A DNA stretch of 25,123 nt from Candidatus Eiseniibacteriota bacterium (GTDB lineage Bacteria; Eisenbacteria; RBG-16-71-46; JABDJR01; JAWXBZ01): positions 1 to 25,123 of the forward strand of contig JAWXBZ010000162.1 in NCBI GenBank assembly GCA_034440375.1, written 5' to 3'. This document shows, piece by piece, positions 8,879 to 17,878 of the stretch. Position numbers and translations under genes: made by a program. Position 1 is the stretch's first letter. Each line of letters starts with the position of its first letter. The notes beneath the pieces were generated by a model. That model was not told the DNA's origin. It saw only the letters and a list, made by a program, of their open reading frames with translations, and made no database searches.

Positions 8879-9524
8879 GGTTTTCGGCGGCCACCCGGTC
8901 GGCCAGCGTGTCGCCGAAGAAGAATCGGGAGAGCGATTCGGCTTCCTCGACCGAGGCGAATCGGTAGTCGGTGCGGATCGAGGTGGCCTCGAAGCCCGCG
9001 GCGGTCAACGCGTCGTAGTAGGGAATGAGGCGAGCCGGTGGGGCCGGTGATGTGACACCGGTGCCAAGTGTCTCGATGATCAGGATCGTGCCGTTCGTTC
9101 GAAGCATCGCGTTCCAGCGCGCCAGGAGAAAATCGAGGCGTTCCGGCTCGAACTCCGGCCGGCAGACATCGTAGGCGATGCTCCAACCGGACAGGATCAG
9201 GTCAGCGCTCCCCGGGGGCACCGAGGCCGTGCGGTGATCGGCCACGTGCAGCGCCACCCGGTCGATGGTCCCCTCCGCCGCCAGTCGGTCGTGTGCGGCG
9301 TCGAGCATCGCGGCCGCGGCGTCGAAGGCGACGATCCGCCGGGCACAGGAAGCAAGGAGTCGGGTGAGCCGTCCGGTGCCGGCGCCGAGTTCGACGATGT
9401 CGAGGCCATCCGCCGGCCTTATCTTCTCCATGGCCACCGAAAGGTTTCCCTCCCAATCTTCGCGGGAGATGAGCCTGTCGTAGCGATCGGCCTCCGATTG
9501 ATAGATCGCATCATGGTCGGGCAT
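8820..9524 (-). CDS. Class I SAM-dependent methyltransferase
   Basis: IVELGAGTGRLT motif I, VAFD, ADLILSGWS; its start overlaps the end of the upstream peptidase. Confidence 0.88.
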   Translation of the reverse strand: MPDHDAIYQSEADRYDRLISREDWEGNLSVAMEKIRPADGLDIVELGAGTGRLTRLLASCARRIVAFDAAAAMLDAAHDRLAAEGTIDRVALHVADHRTASVPPGSADLILSGWSIAYDVCRPEFEPERLDFLLARWNAMLRTNGTILIIETLGTGVTSPAPPARLIPYYDALTAAGFEATSIRTDYRFASVEEAESLSRFFFGDTLADRVAAENLTTLPECTGLWWRHGHRDG

Positions 9525-11472
9525 GCGTCGAATTTCCTTTCAGGTGACGCTCAAACCATTGCCACTGTCGCTCCATGTAATCGACCTGGTGCCTTCGTTC
9601 GTTGAAGCCGTGCGGCTCGCGCGGGTAGATGCGGAACTCAACGGGCGTGCCCTGGTCGGTGAGGGCCGCGAATAACTCACGTGACTGCGCCAGCGGCACA
9701 CGGATGTCGTCCTGGCCGTGCACGATCAGGACCGGTTCCCGTACCCCCGCCACAAAGGTGATCGGCGAGCGGTCGAGATAGCGCCGGGCATCGCCCCACG
9801 GCGGGCCACCCAGATACTCCTCCTGCCAGTACGGGGAGAGATCATCCTCGACATAGCCGGAAAGAAAGTTCATCGGCCCGGCTCCAACCACCGCACAGCG
9901 ATAGCGATCGCTCCGGGCCACGCTCCAGGCCGCCAGAAAGCCGCCGTACGAGAATCCGTCGATGGCCAGTCGCGAAGGGTCCGCCAGGCCCGCCGCGACC
10001 AGTGAGTCGACGCCGGCATCGATGTCGCGCCAGTCGCCGCCGCCCAGGTCCCGCCGGTTCAGCGCGTTGAATTCCTCGCCGTAGCCGGTCGAGCCACGCG
10101 GATTCGGCAGGAACACGGCGTAGCCCCGCTCGGCCAGGTAGCGCGCCGGGTTGTGGCAATCGGCATAGAAGCCGAGCGCCCATTGCCACGACGGTCCACC
10201 ATGCGGCATGACCACCATCGGGCACGGGCGCGGCGTGGCTGCCGGCGGCTCGAAGAGGATTCCCTCGATCTTTCTGCCGTCGAACGAGGTCCAGGTGGTG
10301 ACGATCGGCGGCGCCCACATTCGTTCGGCCAACTGCGGATTCAGGATGCTGAGCCGGCGCGGTTCGCGCTCCCCCGGGAGGAGCGAGTAGACATCGCTGG
10401 GTCCGTCCAGTCCGCCGGAAAGCCAGGTGAGCGTACCCGCCCCGTTCATGGAGAAATCGACGTCCAGTTCGGTCCAGCATTCCGCGAGGCGGGTAACACG
10501 CCGGGTGCGCGGGTCCACCCTTGCCAGGAAGGAACGAACACCGGCCAGTGCCATGACGACGAGGCCGCCCCCCTCGGTCCAGGCGACCTGGGAGAAGGTT
10601 TCGGTCTGTTCGGGGGGAGTCAGTCGAATCGGTATTCCGGCTTTTCCGTCAGTCACCGGAACGACATGCAGGATCGGGTAGCTGTAATCGGACGCCGGGA
10701 GGGCATAGACGGCCAGTGAATCGCTTCCGGGGTTCCAGGCGAGGTTGTTGGTTGGATCCCAGCGGCCGGGTACCGGCGACCAGCGATTGTCAATGAGGTC
10801 GAGAACTGCCAGCCGGCCCCGCCGCCACTCGCCAAACGGGCCGGGTCGGGTGAACAGGACCGCCAGCCGCTTGCTGTCGGGTGACCAGGCAAACTTCCAT
10901 ACATTGGCCGTGTCCGGGGAGATGGTCGTCGTTGTCGGGTCATCGATTCGCCGCAGACGAAGCCGGCTGCCGGCGGGACGGGCGGCGGCATCGATCGGGT
11001 CGCCACCTGTGGATCGTGACCCCGGCACCAGGTAAACGAGTTGCTCGCCGTCCGGCGCAACGGCCATGTCGACGACGCCCCTCGCTTCGCCGGTCAGCGG
11101 CCGACTCTCTCGCTCGGCCACCGCGATGATCTGGACTTGTCGGGCCGCCGTGTCCTTCAGAGCGCTGAGAAAGAGCAGGTGCCTCCCGTCCGGTGTCCAC
11201 CTCGGGCGGTCGGCACTCCGGCCGCCGGCGGTCAGGGGGTGCGGGCGGACACCGCCCGACGTGGGGGCCAGAACGATCTGTCGCAGCGTCGGGTCGATGC
11301 TGTCGGCCAGCACGAAAGCAACCTGCGATCCGTCCGGCGCAATGCGTGGTTCGTACGCCTGCGCGAGGTGGACCAGTTGATGGGCGGACGCAGGAGTGAA
11401 TTCCGCACTCCGCGCATCAGCGATGGAGAGGAGCAGGAACAGCAGGGTGGCCGGGACTCGCGGGATCGACAT
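9511..11472 (-). CDS. Secreted S9 (prolyl oligopeptidase/acylaminoacyl peptidase) family peptidase
   Basis: PD40-like propeller repeats (APDG, WTPDG, WSPDS), HGGP, NPRGSTGYG, catalytic GFSYGG, QDDIRV and EPHGF; signal peptide from ATG 11472 (the ORF track extends to 11499). Confidence 0.93.
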   Translation of the reverse strand: MSIPRVPATLLFLLLSIADARSAEFTPASAHQLVHLAQAYEPRIAPDGSQVAFVLADSIDPTLRQIVLAPTSGGVRPHPLTAGGRSADRPRWTPDGRHLLFLSALKDTAARQVQIIAVAERESRPLTGEARGVVDMAVAPDGEQLVYLVPGSRSTGGDPIDAAARPAGSRLRLRRIDDPTTTTISPDTANVWKFAWSPDSKRLAVLFTRPGPFGEWRRGRLAVLDLIDNRWSPVPGRWDPTNNLAWNPGSDSLAVYALPASDYSYPILHVVPVTDGKAGIPIRLTPPEQTETFSQVAWTEGGGLVVMALAGVRSFLARVDPRTRRVTRLAECWTELDVDFSMNGAGTLTWLSGGLDGPSDVYSLLPGEREPRRLSILNPQLAERMWAPPIVTTWTSFDGRKIEGILFEPPAATPRPCPMVVMPHGGPSWQWALGFYADCHNPARYLAERGYAVFLPNPRGSTGYGEEFNALNRRDLGGGDWRDIDAGVDSLVAAGLADPSRLAIDGFSYGGFLAAWSVARSDRYRCAVVGAGPMNFLSGYVEDDLSPYWQEEYLGGPPWGDARRYLDRSPITFVAGVREPVLIVHGQDDIRVPLAQSRELFAALTDQGTPVEFRIYPREPHGFNERRHQVDYMERQWQWFERHLKGNSTHARP

Positions 11473-11520
11473 GACGGGCGGCATTATAGGCGGACACACG
11501 ATGTGACACTATATCCCCTG

Positions 11521-12168
11521 ATGAAAGATCCTCTCGTTGCCATTCTCCAGGGGGGCGTTCAGCGCCCCGGCTCCACGGCCGCCGAAGTAGCCACCATCGT
11601 GGCCGGTGATGCCGTCGCCATCGAACGGTTGGCTGGTCTGCTCGAAAACGCCGATCCCCGGGTGCGCGGCGGGGCCGCCGACGGCCTGGCGGCTCTTTCC
11701 GAGCGGGATCCCGCCGCCCTGGTGCCGCATGTCGAGGCGCTGGCTCATGCCCTGGCCCGAGAGGAGACGCAGACCCGGGTCGGCGCCCAACGAGCCCTGG
11801 CCGCCGTGGCGGAAGTGGCACCGACGGCACTCGAGGACGAGTTCGATCAGATTCGGCTGGGGGCTTTTGATCCGGCCAACAACGACCTGAGGCGGTGGGC
11901 CGCGATGGCCATCGGTCACTATGGAGCCGGCGATGACGTGCGGGGACGACGGGCTTTCCCCCACCTGGCCGAGGCAATCCGGCGGTTTCACGACCACCGC
12001 CGGCCGTCCGATCTCCTTTTCGGCGTGCTGCTCCTGGCCCGTGCCGAAACCAGCGACTGGCTGAAGAACGAAATATGGAAGTCCGCGCGCCGGCACGAAG
12101 CTCATCCGGATCCGGCCGTCCGGGAAAAGGTCGCCGAGATCGGTCGCCTGGTCCATCCGGTGTCATGA
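11521..12168 (+). CDS. HEAT/ARM-repeat protein
   Basis: Repeated D-P-x-V-R-x-x-A-A-x-x-L-type helices (DPRVRGGAADGL, TQTRVGAQRAL, NDLRRWAAMAI, DPAVREKVAE). The 5' part of the ORF-track call (11041-11520) is antisense to the S9 gene. Confidence 0.7.
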   Translation: MKDPLVAILQGGVQRPGSTAAEVATIVAGDAVAIERLAGLLENADPRVRGGAADGLAALSERDPAALVPHVEALAHALAREETQTRVGAQRALAAVAEVAPTALEDEFDQIRLGAFDPANNDLRRWAAMAIGHYGAGDDVRGRRAFPHLAEAIRRFHDHRRPSDLLFGVLLLARAETSDWLKNEIWKSARRHEAHPDPAVREKVAEIGRLVHPVS

Positions 12169-12392
12169 CGTTCCGCCGTGCCTGCCTGGCTCTCCTGCTG
12201 GTCGGGGCGGCCGTTGGTGCGGGCATGGGATGGCAATCAAGCATCGGGCGAGCCCGGCCAACGGCAACCGGTGCCGACGACATCCCGCCGCAATATTCCC
12301 ACGAGGCAATCATCGATTCCCTGTTCCAGGGAGGAGGATGCCGCGTGGTGCACCCGGGCGGAGGGGACCACCCCGACATGGGCTACCGCTAG
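12165..12392 (+). CDS. Small exported or membrane-anchored hypothetical protein (75 aa)
   Basis: ATGA overlap with the HEAT gene stop; basic plus hydrophobic N-terminus MTFRRACLALLLVGAAVGAGMGW. Confidence 0.55.
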   Translation: MTFRRACLALLLVGAAVGAGMGWQSSIGRARPTATGADDIPPQYSHEAIIDSLFQGGGCRVVHPGGGDHPDMGYR

Positions 12393-12414
12393 CGGCTCGA
12401 GGCCACCGGCCGGA

Positions 12415-12443
12415 TTCCATTTCCTAAGGCTATAGACTATTAT
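12415..12443 (+). promoter_or_regulatory. Putative sigma70-type promoter of the copper-radical oxidase gene
   Basis: TTCCAT-N17-TATTAT in an AT-rich patch about 60 bp upstream of GGAG/ATG 12502. Confidence 0.35.
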
Positions 12444-12501
12444 AGAATCCAATTTGGGCGGCCTTGGAAATTCTCATGGTCATCCGATCCATGGAGATGG
12501 C

Positions 12502-15333
12502 ATGAATTCGCGGACGTTCCTCGTCGTCGCCACTCTGGTGCTGGCCTTGATGCCGCCCCCCCTCCGGGCGGCTCCGCCTCCCGTGCCGAATCCGGTCTAC
12601 GCGGCCACCGGCTACTGGGAGGCGCCCTACGATTGGGTGACAACCGGGGCGCATGTCAGCCTTCTCCCGGGCACCGATTCGCACAGCCAGCTACTCTACT
12701 GGTATGACGGCACGACGGCCCGCGTCTGGAAGTGGAATCCAGGCGACGACCTCCACCCCGCGTCGCCGATCTTCCATCGCCCCTGTCCATCCACCGACAT
12801 TCATTGCGCGGGGATCTCGCTTCTGGCGACCGGGTGCGTTCTGTTGACTGGAGGCAACGATTACGGGCCGAACGGTCTCGACCACATCAACCTGTGGGAT
12901 CCATCCAGCCTGGGCTGGATCAATCAATCGAGCACGCTGATCGAGCCGCGCTGGTACCCGACCCAGACGACGCTGGCCGATGGACGGATCCTCGTCACTT
13001 CCGGAATCGTTTATCGTCAGATGGTGGCCTTCGGCGGCGCCGACGATGCCACGGTGCACGATGATCTGGCTCTCGCCGGACTCCGGGGCCTCGCGACCGA
13101 CGAATGGGTGCCGGCCGCCGCGCCCGGCCCACGACCCCCGCCGCGTGACGGGCACGTGGCTGTGTTTGATCGCTCGGTCACCACGAACTTTCCAGGCACC
13201 GGGTATTCGTACCTTCAACGCGTCGTCGTCTTCGGCGGGGCGGACGCGGGCGGCTCGGTACTCGGCGACGTCTGGGCGCTGACGCGCACCGAACTCTCGG
13301 ACTGGCGCTGGTCGATGCTGTCACCCGAGCCCGATCCCGTACACGGCTTTCCGGCGTCGCGCCGTGATCATCTGGCCGCCTACGATGGGCCCGATTCGAG
13401 CCTCGTCATCTTCGGCGGGAGGGACGGCGCCGGGCTGGCCCTGGGCGATGCCTGGAAGCTCTTCCTTCGGCGCGGCGCCCAGGGGAGGTGGTCGCGGCTC
13501 GCGCCGGCCGGGGGCGATATGACACTGCCGCGCTGGCTCGGTGCCGGCGCGTTCGATGCCTCCGGCCGCAGGCTGTTCGTATTCGGCGGGAGGGGCGACG
13601 GCGGCCTGCGAGCCGACGTCTGGCAACTGACGACGAACGCCTCACCCGCCTGGACGAAGCTCAATCCCTCGGGAACAGCACCGACCCCGCGTGAAGGAGC
13701 CGTGGCGGTATACGATGTCCCGGGGAATCGTCTCGTTATTTTCGGGGGACGGGCCGCGGGTCAGCTCCAATCGGACGCGCTGGGCGTGACGGTGGGGGGC
13801 AGCCCGGCCTGGAGCGCCATCACCTCAACGGCCGACCCAGTGGCCGGTCGGCCGTCCGCGCGCTGGCGGGCGTCCGCGGTGTACGACGACGAGCAGCGCC
13901 GCCTCGTCCTCTTCGGCGGCGATTCGACGCTGGCCGTGGGCTCGGGAGCCGCGGGCGATCTCTGGCATCTCGATTTTCGCGGTACGCCCGCCTGGAAGCG
14001 ACACCAGTCCGCCGGCCCCAATGGACCCCGGGCGGGCCACACGGCGGTGCTCGACCCCCGCCTGATCCATTCGGTCCTGCCGGAAATCGTCGATCCGATC
14101 ACCCTGGTCTCCACGCCGATCCCGACGGCCAGGCGATGGCAGAGCATTTATCCAGCCATGTTCCTGCTTCCGAGCGGCCGCCTGATCGACGCCGCGCCGG
14201 AATTCCAGACTCTCCTGCTCGATCTGGGAAGCGGTACATGGGTAACGCCGTCCTGGGCCATCAGCGGCGCGCTCGCCTTCAGTGCCGTCATGTACCACCC
14301 GGGTCGTATCCTGGCTTGCGGTGGAACCGGTAGCGCCGGCACCACGGCCGGGCGTTGGATCGATCTGTCGGTGAGCGAGACATCGACCGCCTGGCAACCG
14401 GTGACGGGGCTCGTTGCGAGGACCACACACAATCTGGTCGTCGTGCCCCACGGGGATGTTTACGTGATGGGCGGGGTGGGCTTGCGAAACCTCATGTCGA
14501 CGGCCGTCCGTCGTCCCCAGCGCTGGATACCGGGTACGGGATCCTTCGGCGACACGACGGAGCTGGCTCCCGACCCGGCGGTCCGCGACTACCACTCGAG
14601 CGTGGCGCTCCTGCCGGATGGGCGCATCCTTTCCTGCGGCGGAGACTTGAAGTCGACGCCGACCGACCGGAACAAGTACACCGCCACGATCTTCTGGCCC
14701 CCCTATCTCTTCGATGACGCCGGCGGGCTGGCGCCGCGGCCGGTCATGGCGAATGTACCGCCGTTACTCGGCTACGCTCATTCCTTCGCCGTGGAGTGTC
14801 CGCAGGCGGCGTCGATCGCGGTCATGACGCTCATCCGACCGGCCGCGACAACGCATGGCTTCGACCAGGAACAGCGCTATGTTCCGCTTTCCTTCTCCCA
14901 GTCGGGGCCCGGGATGCTCAACATAACCACTCCGCCAAGCCCCAACCACGCACCCCCGGGCTGGTATCTCCTGTTCGCGGTGGATGCCGACTCCGTGCCC
15001 TCGGTGGCCCAGTGGGTGCGGCTCGATGCGTCCGTCTCAGGTATTTTGGAGCCCGGGCGCCCCATGGTCCTCTCGGTGGCGCCGAATCCGGCACGCGGTT
15101 CGGTCGCTCTGACCTTCACGATGGCCGAGCCCGGCCCGCTCGACATCCGGATATTCGATGCCGCCGGCCGAATGACCCGGCACCTGTACGGGGGGATGCG
15201 CCCCGGCGGCCGCCAGAGCCTGACCTGGGATTTCCTGGATGACGCCGGCCGGTCGGTGGCTACCGGCATCTACTTCGCGCGGATCGAGTGTCCGGCAGGG
15301 TCGACGTCCGCCCGAATCGTCCGGGTGCGATAA
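12502..15333 (+). CDS. Secreted copper-radical oxidase (galactose/glyoxal oxidase, AA5-like) with inserted Kelch propeller, DUF1929 domain and FlgD-Ig-like C-terminal domain
   Basis: Signal peptide; DIHCAG (Cys codon 12805), RWYPT (Tyr 12955), RDYHS (Tyr/His 14590-14595), TTHGF (His 14854) match the galactose oxidase Cys-Tyr cofactor and Cu ligands; APPGWYLLF; terminal APNP...IFDAAGR...WD...GIYF. Confidence 0.88.
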   Translation: MNSRTFLVVATLVLALMPPPLRAAPPPVPNPVYAATGYWEAPYDWVTTGAHVSLLPGTDSHSQLLYWYDGTTARVWKWNPGDDLHPASPIFHRPCPSTDIHCAGISLLATGCVLLTGGNDYGPNGLDHINLWDPSSLGWINQSSTLIEPRWYPTQTTLADGRILVTSGIVYRQMVAFGGADDATVHDDLALAGLRGLATDEWVPAAAPGPRPPPRDGHVAVFDRSVTTNFPGTGYSYLQRVVVFGGADAGGSVLGDVWALTRTELSDWRWSMLSPEPDPVHGFPASRRDHLAAYDGPDSSLVIFGGRDGAGLALGDAWKLFLRRGAQGRWSRLAPAGGDMTLPRWLGAGAFDASGRRLFVFGGRGDGGLRADVWQLTTNASPAWTKLNPSGTAPTPREGAVAVYDVPGNRLVIFGGRAAGQLQSDALGVTVGGSPAWSAITSTADPVAGRPSARWRASAVYDDEQRRLVLFGGDSTLAVGSGAAGDLWHLDFRGTPAWKRHQSAGPNGPRAGHTAVLDPRLIHSVLPEIVDPITLVSTPIPTARRWQSIYPAMFLLPSGRLIDAAPEFQTLLLDLGSGTWVTPSWAISGALAFSAVMYHPGRILACGGTGSAGTTAGRWIDLSVSETSTAWQPVTGLVARTTHNLVVVPHGDVYVMGGVGLRNLMSTAVRRPQRWIPGTGSFGDTTELAPDPAVRDYHSSVALLPDGRILSCGGDLKSTPTDRNKYTATIFWPPYLFDDAGGLAPRPVMANVPPLLGYAHSFAVECPQAASIAVMTLIRPAATTHGFDQEQRYVPLSFSQSGPGMLNITTPPSPNHAPPGWYLLFAVDADSVPSVAQWVRLDASVSGILEPGRPMVLSVAPNPARGSVALTFTMAEPGPLDIRIFDAAGRMTRHLYGGMRPGGRQSLTWDFLDDAGRSVATGIYFARIECPAGSTSARIVRVR

Positions 15334-15459
15334 ACAACACGATTCCCTCGATCGGGTTCTCCGCCAGGCGACGGAGGCGATTGATCCGGCCGGCATGGGC
15401 ATCCGGCCCGGGCGTCCCGTCGGGCCCGTTTGTCTCCCTTGGCGTCGGGCGCCAACGGA

Positions 15460-16668
15460 CTAACCCCGCTGTTCGATCGGACCGACTTTTCGCTCGCGGG
15501 CTCCGTCGTAGAGCTGCTTCGGGCGGAAGATCTTGTTCTTCTTCGAATCGACCTGTTCCAGGTAGTGGGCCAGCCAGCCGGCCACGCGGCTCATGGCGAA
15601 GAGCGGCGTGTACAGATCGACCGGGATGCCCATCTTCTGGTAGACGATGCCGGAATAGAAATCGACGTTGGGAAATTTCTGCTCGCGGAGCGTCGGCGCG
15701 GCGCCGAACTTGGGATGCGTGGCAAGGTATTCCTCGAGCTTGATGGCCGTGTCGTACAGCGGCGTCCGGCCCAGCTTCTTGAAGACGGTTTCGTTCATTT
15801 CCTGGAGGATGACGGCGCGCGGATCCTTGACCCGGTATTCGCGATGGCCGATGCCCCAGATGGTTTCCTTTGCCGCCAGTGCCGACTGGACCCACGCCTC
15901 CACGTTGTCCGCCGAGCCGATCTTGGCCAGCATGTCGAGGACCCGTTCGTTGGCGCCGCCATGCAATGGACCGCGCAGCGTGGCAATGGCCGCCGTGACG
16001 ACGCTGTACGGATCCGACAGCGAGGACGCCGTGACCCGCGTGGCAAACGTCGAGGCGTTCATTTCGTGCTCGGCGTGGAGCACCATGCCGGCGTCGAAGA
16101 CCTTGACCAGGTCCGGGTCGGAGTCATGGCCGTCGAGCATGTACAGGAAATTGGCCGAGTGATCGAGATCGGCCCGTGGCGCGATCGGGTCAAGACCCTG
16201 GCGCACCCGGTGCCACGCCGCCACCATCGTCGGCAGCTTGGCGATGAGTCGGACGGCCGCCTCGTACCGGTACTGATGGACATGCGGATCGCCCTGGGCG
16301 TGGAACGGGATATTGGAGAAGTACATGCCCGTGGCTGCCGTGGCCACCTCGAGCGCCAGCATCGGGTGACCGCCCACCGGCAATGCCTTGAAGACCTCGA
16401 TGAGGGCCGGCTGCAGCGCGCGATGATCCTTGAGCGATTTCTGAAAGACATCGAGCTGCGCGGTCGTCGGCAGATCGCCGTTCAGGAGGAGATAGGCCGT
16501 CTCCTCGTAGGTGCAATGATGGGCCAGGTCATCGATCAGGTAGCCGCGGTATTCGAGGACGCCAATATCGCCGTCCAGGTAACAGACACTGGAGATGGCC
16601 GCCGGCACTTTTTCAAGGCCGGGCCGGTACGGAATTTCCTGCTTGTCCTCGACGGTTTCCACGATCAC
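15460..16668 (-). CDS. gltA: Citrate synthase (short, ~400 aa type; methylcitrate synthase not excluded)
   Basis: LEYRGY, LHAEHEMNASTF, GPLHGGAN, GIGHREY-x-x-x-DPR, PNVDFYSG, SRVAGWLAH; GTG start preceded by GAGG. Confidence 0.93.
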   Translation of the reverse strand: MIVETVEDKQEIPYRPGLEKVPAAISSVCYLDGDIGVLEYRGYLIDDLAHHCTYEETAYLLLNGDLPTTAQLDVFQKSLKDHRALQPALIEVFKALPVGGHPMLALEVATAATGMYFSNIPFHAQGDPHVHQYRYEAAVRLIAKLPTMVAAWHRVRQGLDPIAPRADLDHSANFLYMLDGHDSDPDLVKVFDAGMVLHAEHEMNASTFATRVTASSLSDPYSVVTAAIATLRGPLHGGANERVLDMLAKIGSADNVEAWVQSALAAKETIWGIGHREYRVKDPRAVILQEMNETVFKKLGRTPLYDTAIKLEEYLATHPKFGAAPTLREQKFPNVDFYSGIVYQKMGIPVDLYTPLFAMSRVAGWLAHYLEQVDSKKNKIFRPKQLYDGARERKVGPIEQRG

Positions 16669-16947
16669 ACCTCGGGCGGAACGACGCGACCCTCCCGGGC
16701 CGCAACGGCTTTCACGGCATTAACGCGAGTTAGGAGAATAGCCCCGCGCTGGGCGGCGATCAATGGGCGAGAACATACGGAGTACGGGGCCTTACCGGCT
16801 GCGTAGCTCTGCTGAAACAGTCGCCAAAGTCCGGTGCTGGATCGACCAGGTAGTGCTTGACATGAAAGTCATGCCGGTTCAGTATTTTTCTCGACCATGC
16901 GGGATCCGAGCCGTCCCGCCCCTCAATCGCTACAGGAGGTCAGGAGC

Positions 16948-17868
16948 ATGCCCCGCCGGCTGCATCGGGTTCGCTCGTACGCCCAACACGTCGGACCGTC
17001 GGCCAGCGCGAATCCTCTGGTCAAGAACTGCGTGCTCCAAGGTGCCAATGCCTCCGGATCTCGCGGCATGTACGTCGAGCGAAACGTGACCGCGCTCGGC
17101 AACCACATCCACGACTTCAACGGCACCAACGGCCGCGGCATCCACTTCACGCTGTCGGACACGACGGTGACGCCCCTGGTGAACAATCCGGCGTCGCCGG
17201 ACACCAACCACACGATCATCACGAACTGCAAGATCGGCATCTTTTCCGATCACTTCTCCCGACCCAAGATCCGCGGGACGCGGATCAAGTCCTGCGGAAC
17301 GGCCATCCGGGTGGGGGCCATGGCCACCGCCGACATCGGCATCATCATGCCGCCCGGCGAGAGCAATGGAACCTGCGACGTGACCGGCGGCACCTACTTC
17401 GTCTACGTTGACATGCGGCTGGACACCGTTCCGGATGTGCTGGCCTACAACAACTGGTGGGGCACCAGTTCCAGTGCGGCGATCGCGGCCAAGATGATCG
17501 GGGAGGTCTTCTGGGATCCGTTCCTGACCCAGGATCCTTTCATAAGCCTGGCAAGGCGTTGGGGCGTCGAGGATGCCACGAACGGCCCCTCAAGGACCGT
17601 ACGCGTCGTTCCCAACCCGATGCGCTCCGGGGCTCGGCTGATCGCATCCTTGGAAGCGGCCGACGCCTCGGTCCGCTACCGTGTCTTCGACGTGGCCGGA
17701 CGGTTGATCAGAACGAGTGACGCGATGCCTTCCGACACAGTGGCTGCCGAGTGGGAGTGGGATGGCCGGGATGCCGCCGGGCGTCGAGTCCGAATCGGCA
17801 ATTATTTCGTGCAGCTTTCCGGCAGGTCCGGCGTCCTGGCCACGGGCCGGGCGATGGTGAGCGAGTGA
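16948..17868 (+). CDS. Right-handed beta-helix segment plus FlgD-Ig-like C-terminal domain; looks internally deleted
   Basis: Strong SD (AGGAGG/AGGAG) before ATG 16948; beta-helix-type repeats (VKNCVLQ, GNHIHD, IITNCKIGI, IKSCGTAI); AYNNWWG; terminal VPNP...VFDVAGR...WDGRD...GNYF; no hydrophobic signal h-region. Confidence 0.72.
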   Translation: MPRRLHRVRSYAQHVGPSASANPLVKNCVLQGANASGSRGMYVERNVTALGNHIHDFNGTNGRGIHFTLSDTTVTPLVNNPASPDTNHTIITNCKIGIFSDHFSRPKIRGTRIKSCGTAIRVGAMATADIGIIMPPGESNGTCDVTGGTYFVYVDMRLDTVPDVLAYNNWWGTSSSAAIAAKMIGEVFWDPFLTQDPFISLARRWGVEDATNGPSRTVRVVPNPMRSGARLIASLEAADASVRYRVFDVAGRLIRTSDAMPSDTVAAEWEWDGRDAAGRRVRIGNYFVQLSGRSGVLATGRAMVSE

Positions 17869-17878
17869 GGAGGGAGAC

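Noticed and set aside
15334-15459. Several short hairpins between the oxidase and citrate synthase stops
   Set aside because: Stems are short or imperfect, expected at this GC content, with no U-tract or clear strand signal.
15430-16806. 458-aa plus-strand ORF
   Set aside because: Antisense shadow of citrate synthase, typical of high-GC DNA.
16857-16888. MerR-type long-spacer promoter (TTGACA-N20-TATTTT)
   Set aside because: The -10 is weak, the palindrome is short and off-centre, and no MerR gene is in the window.
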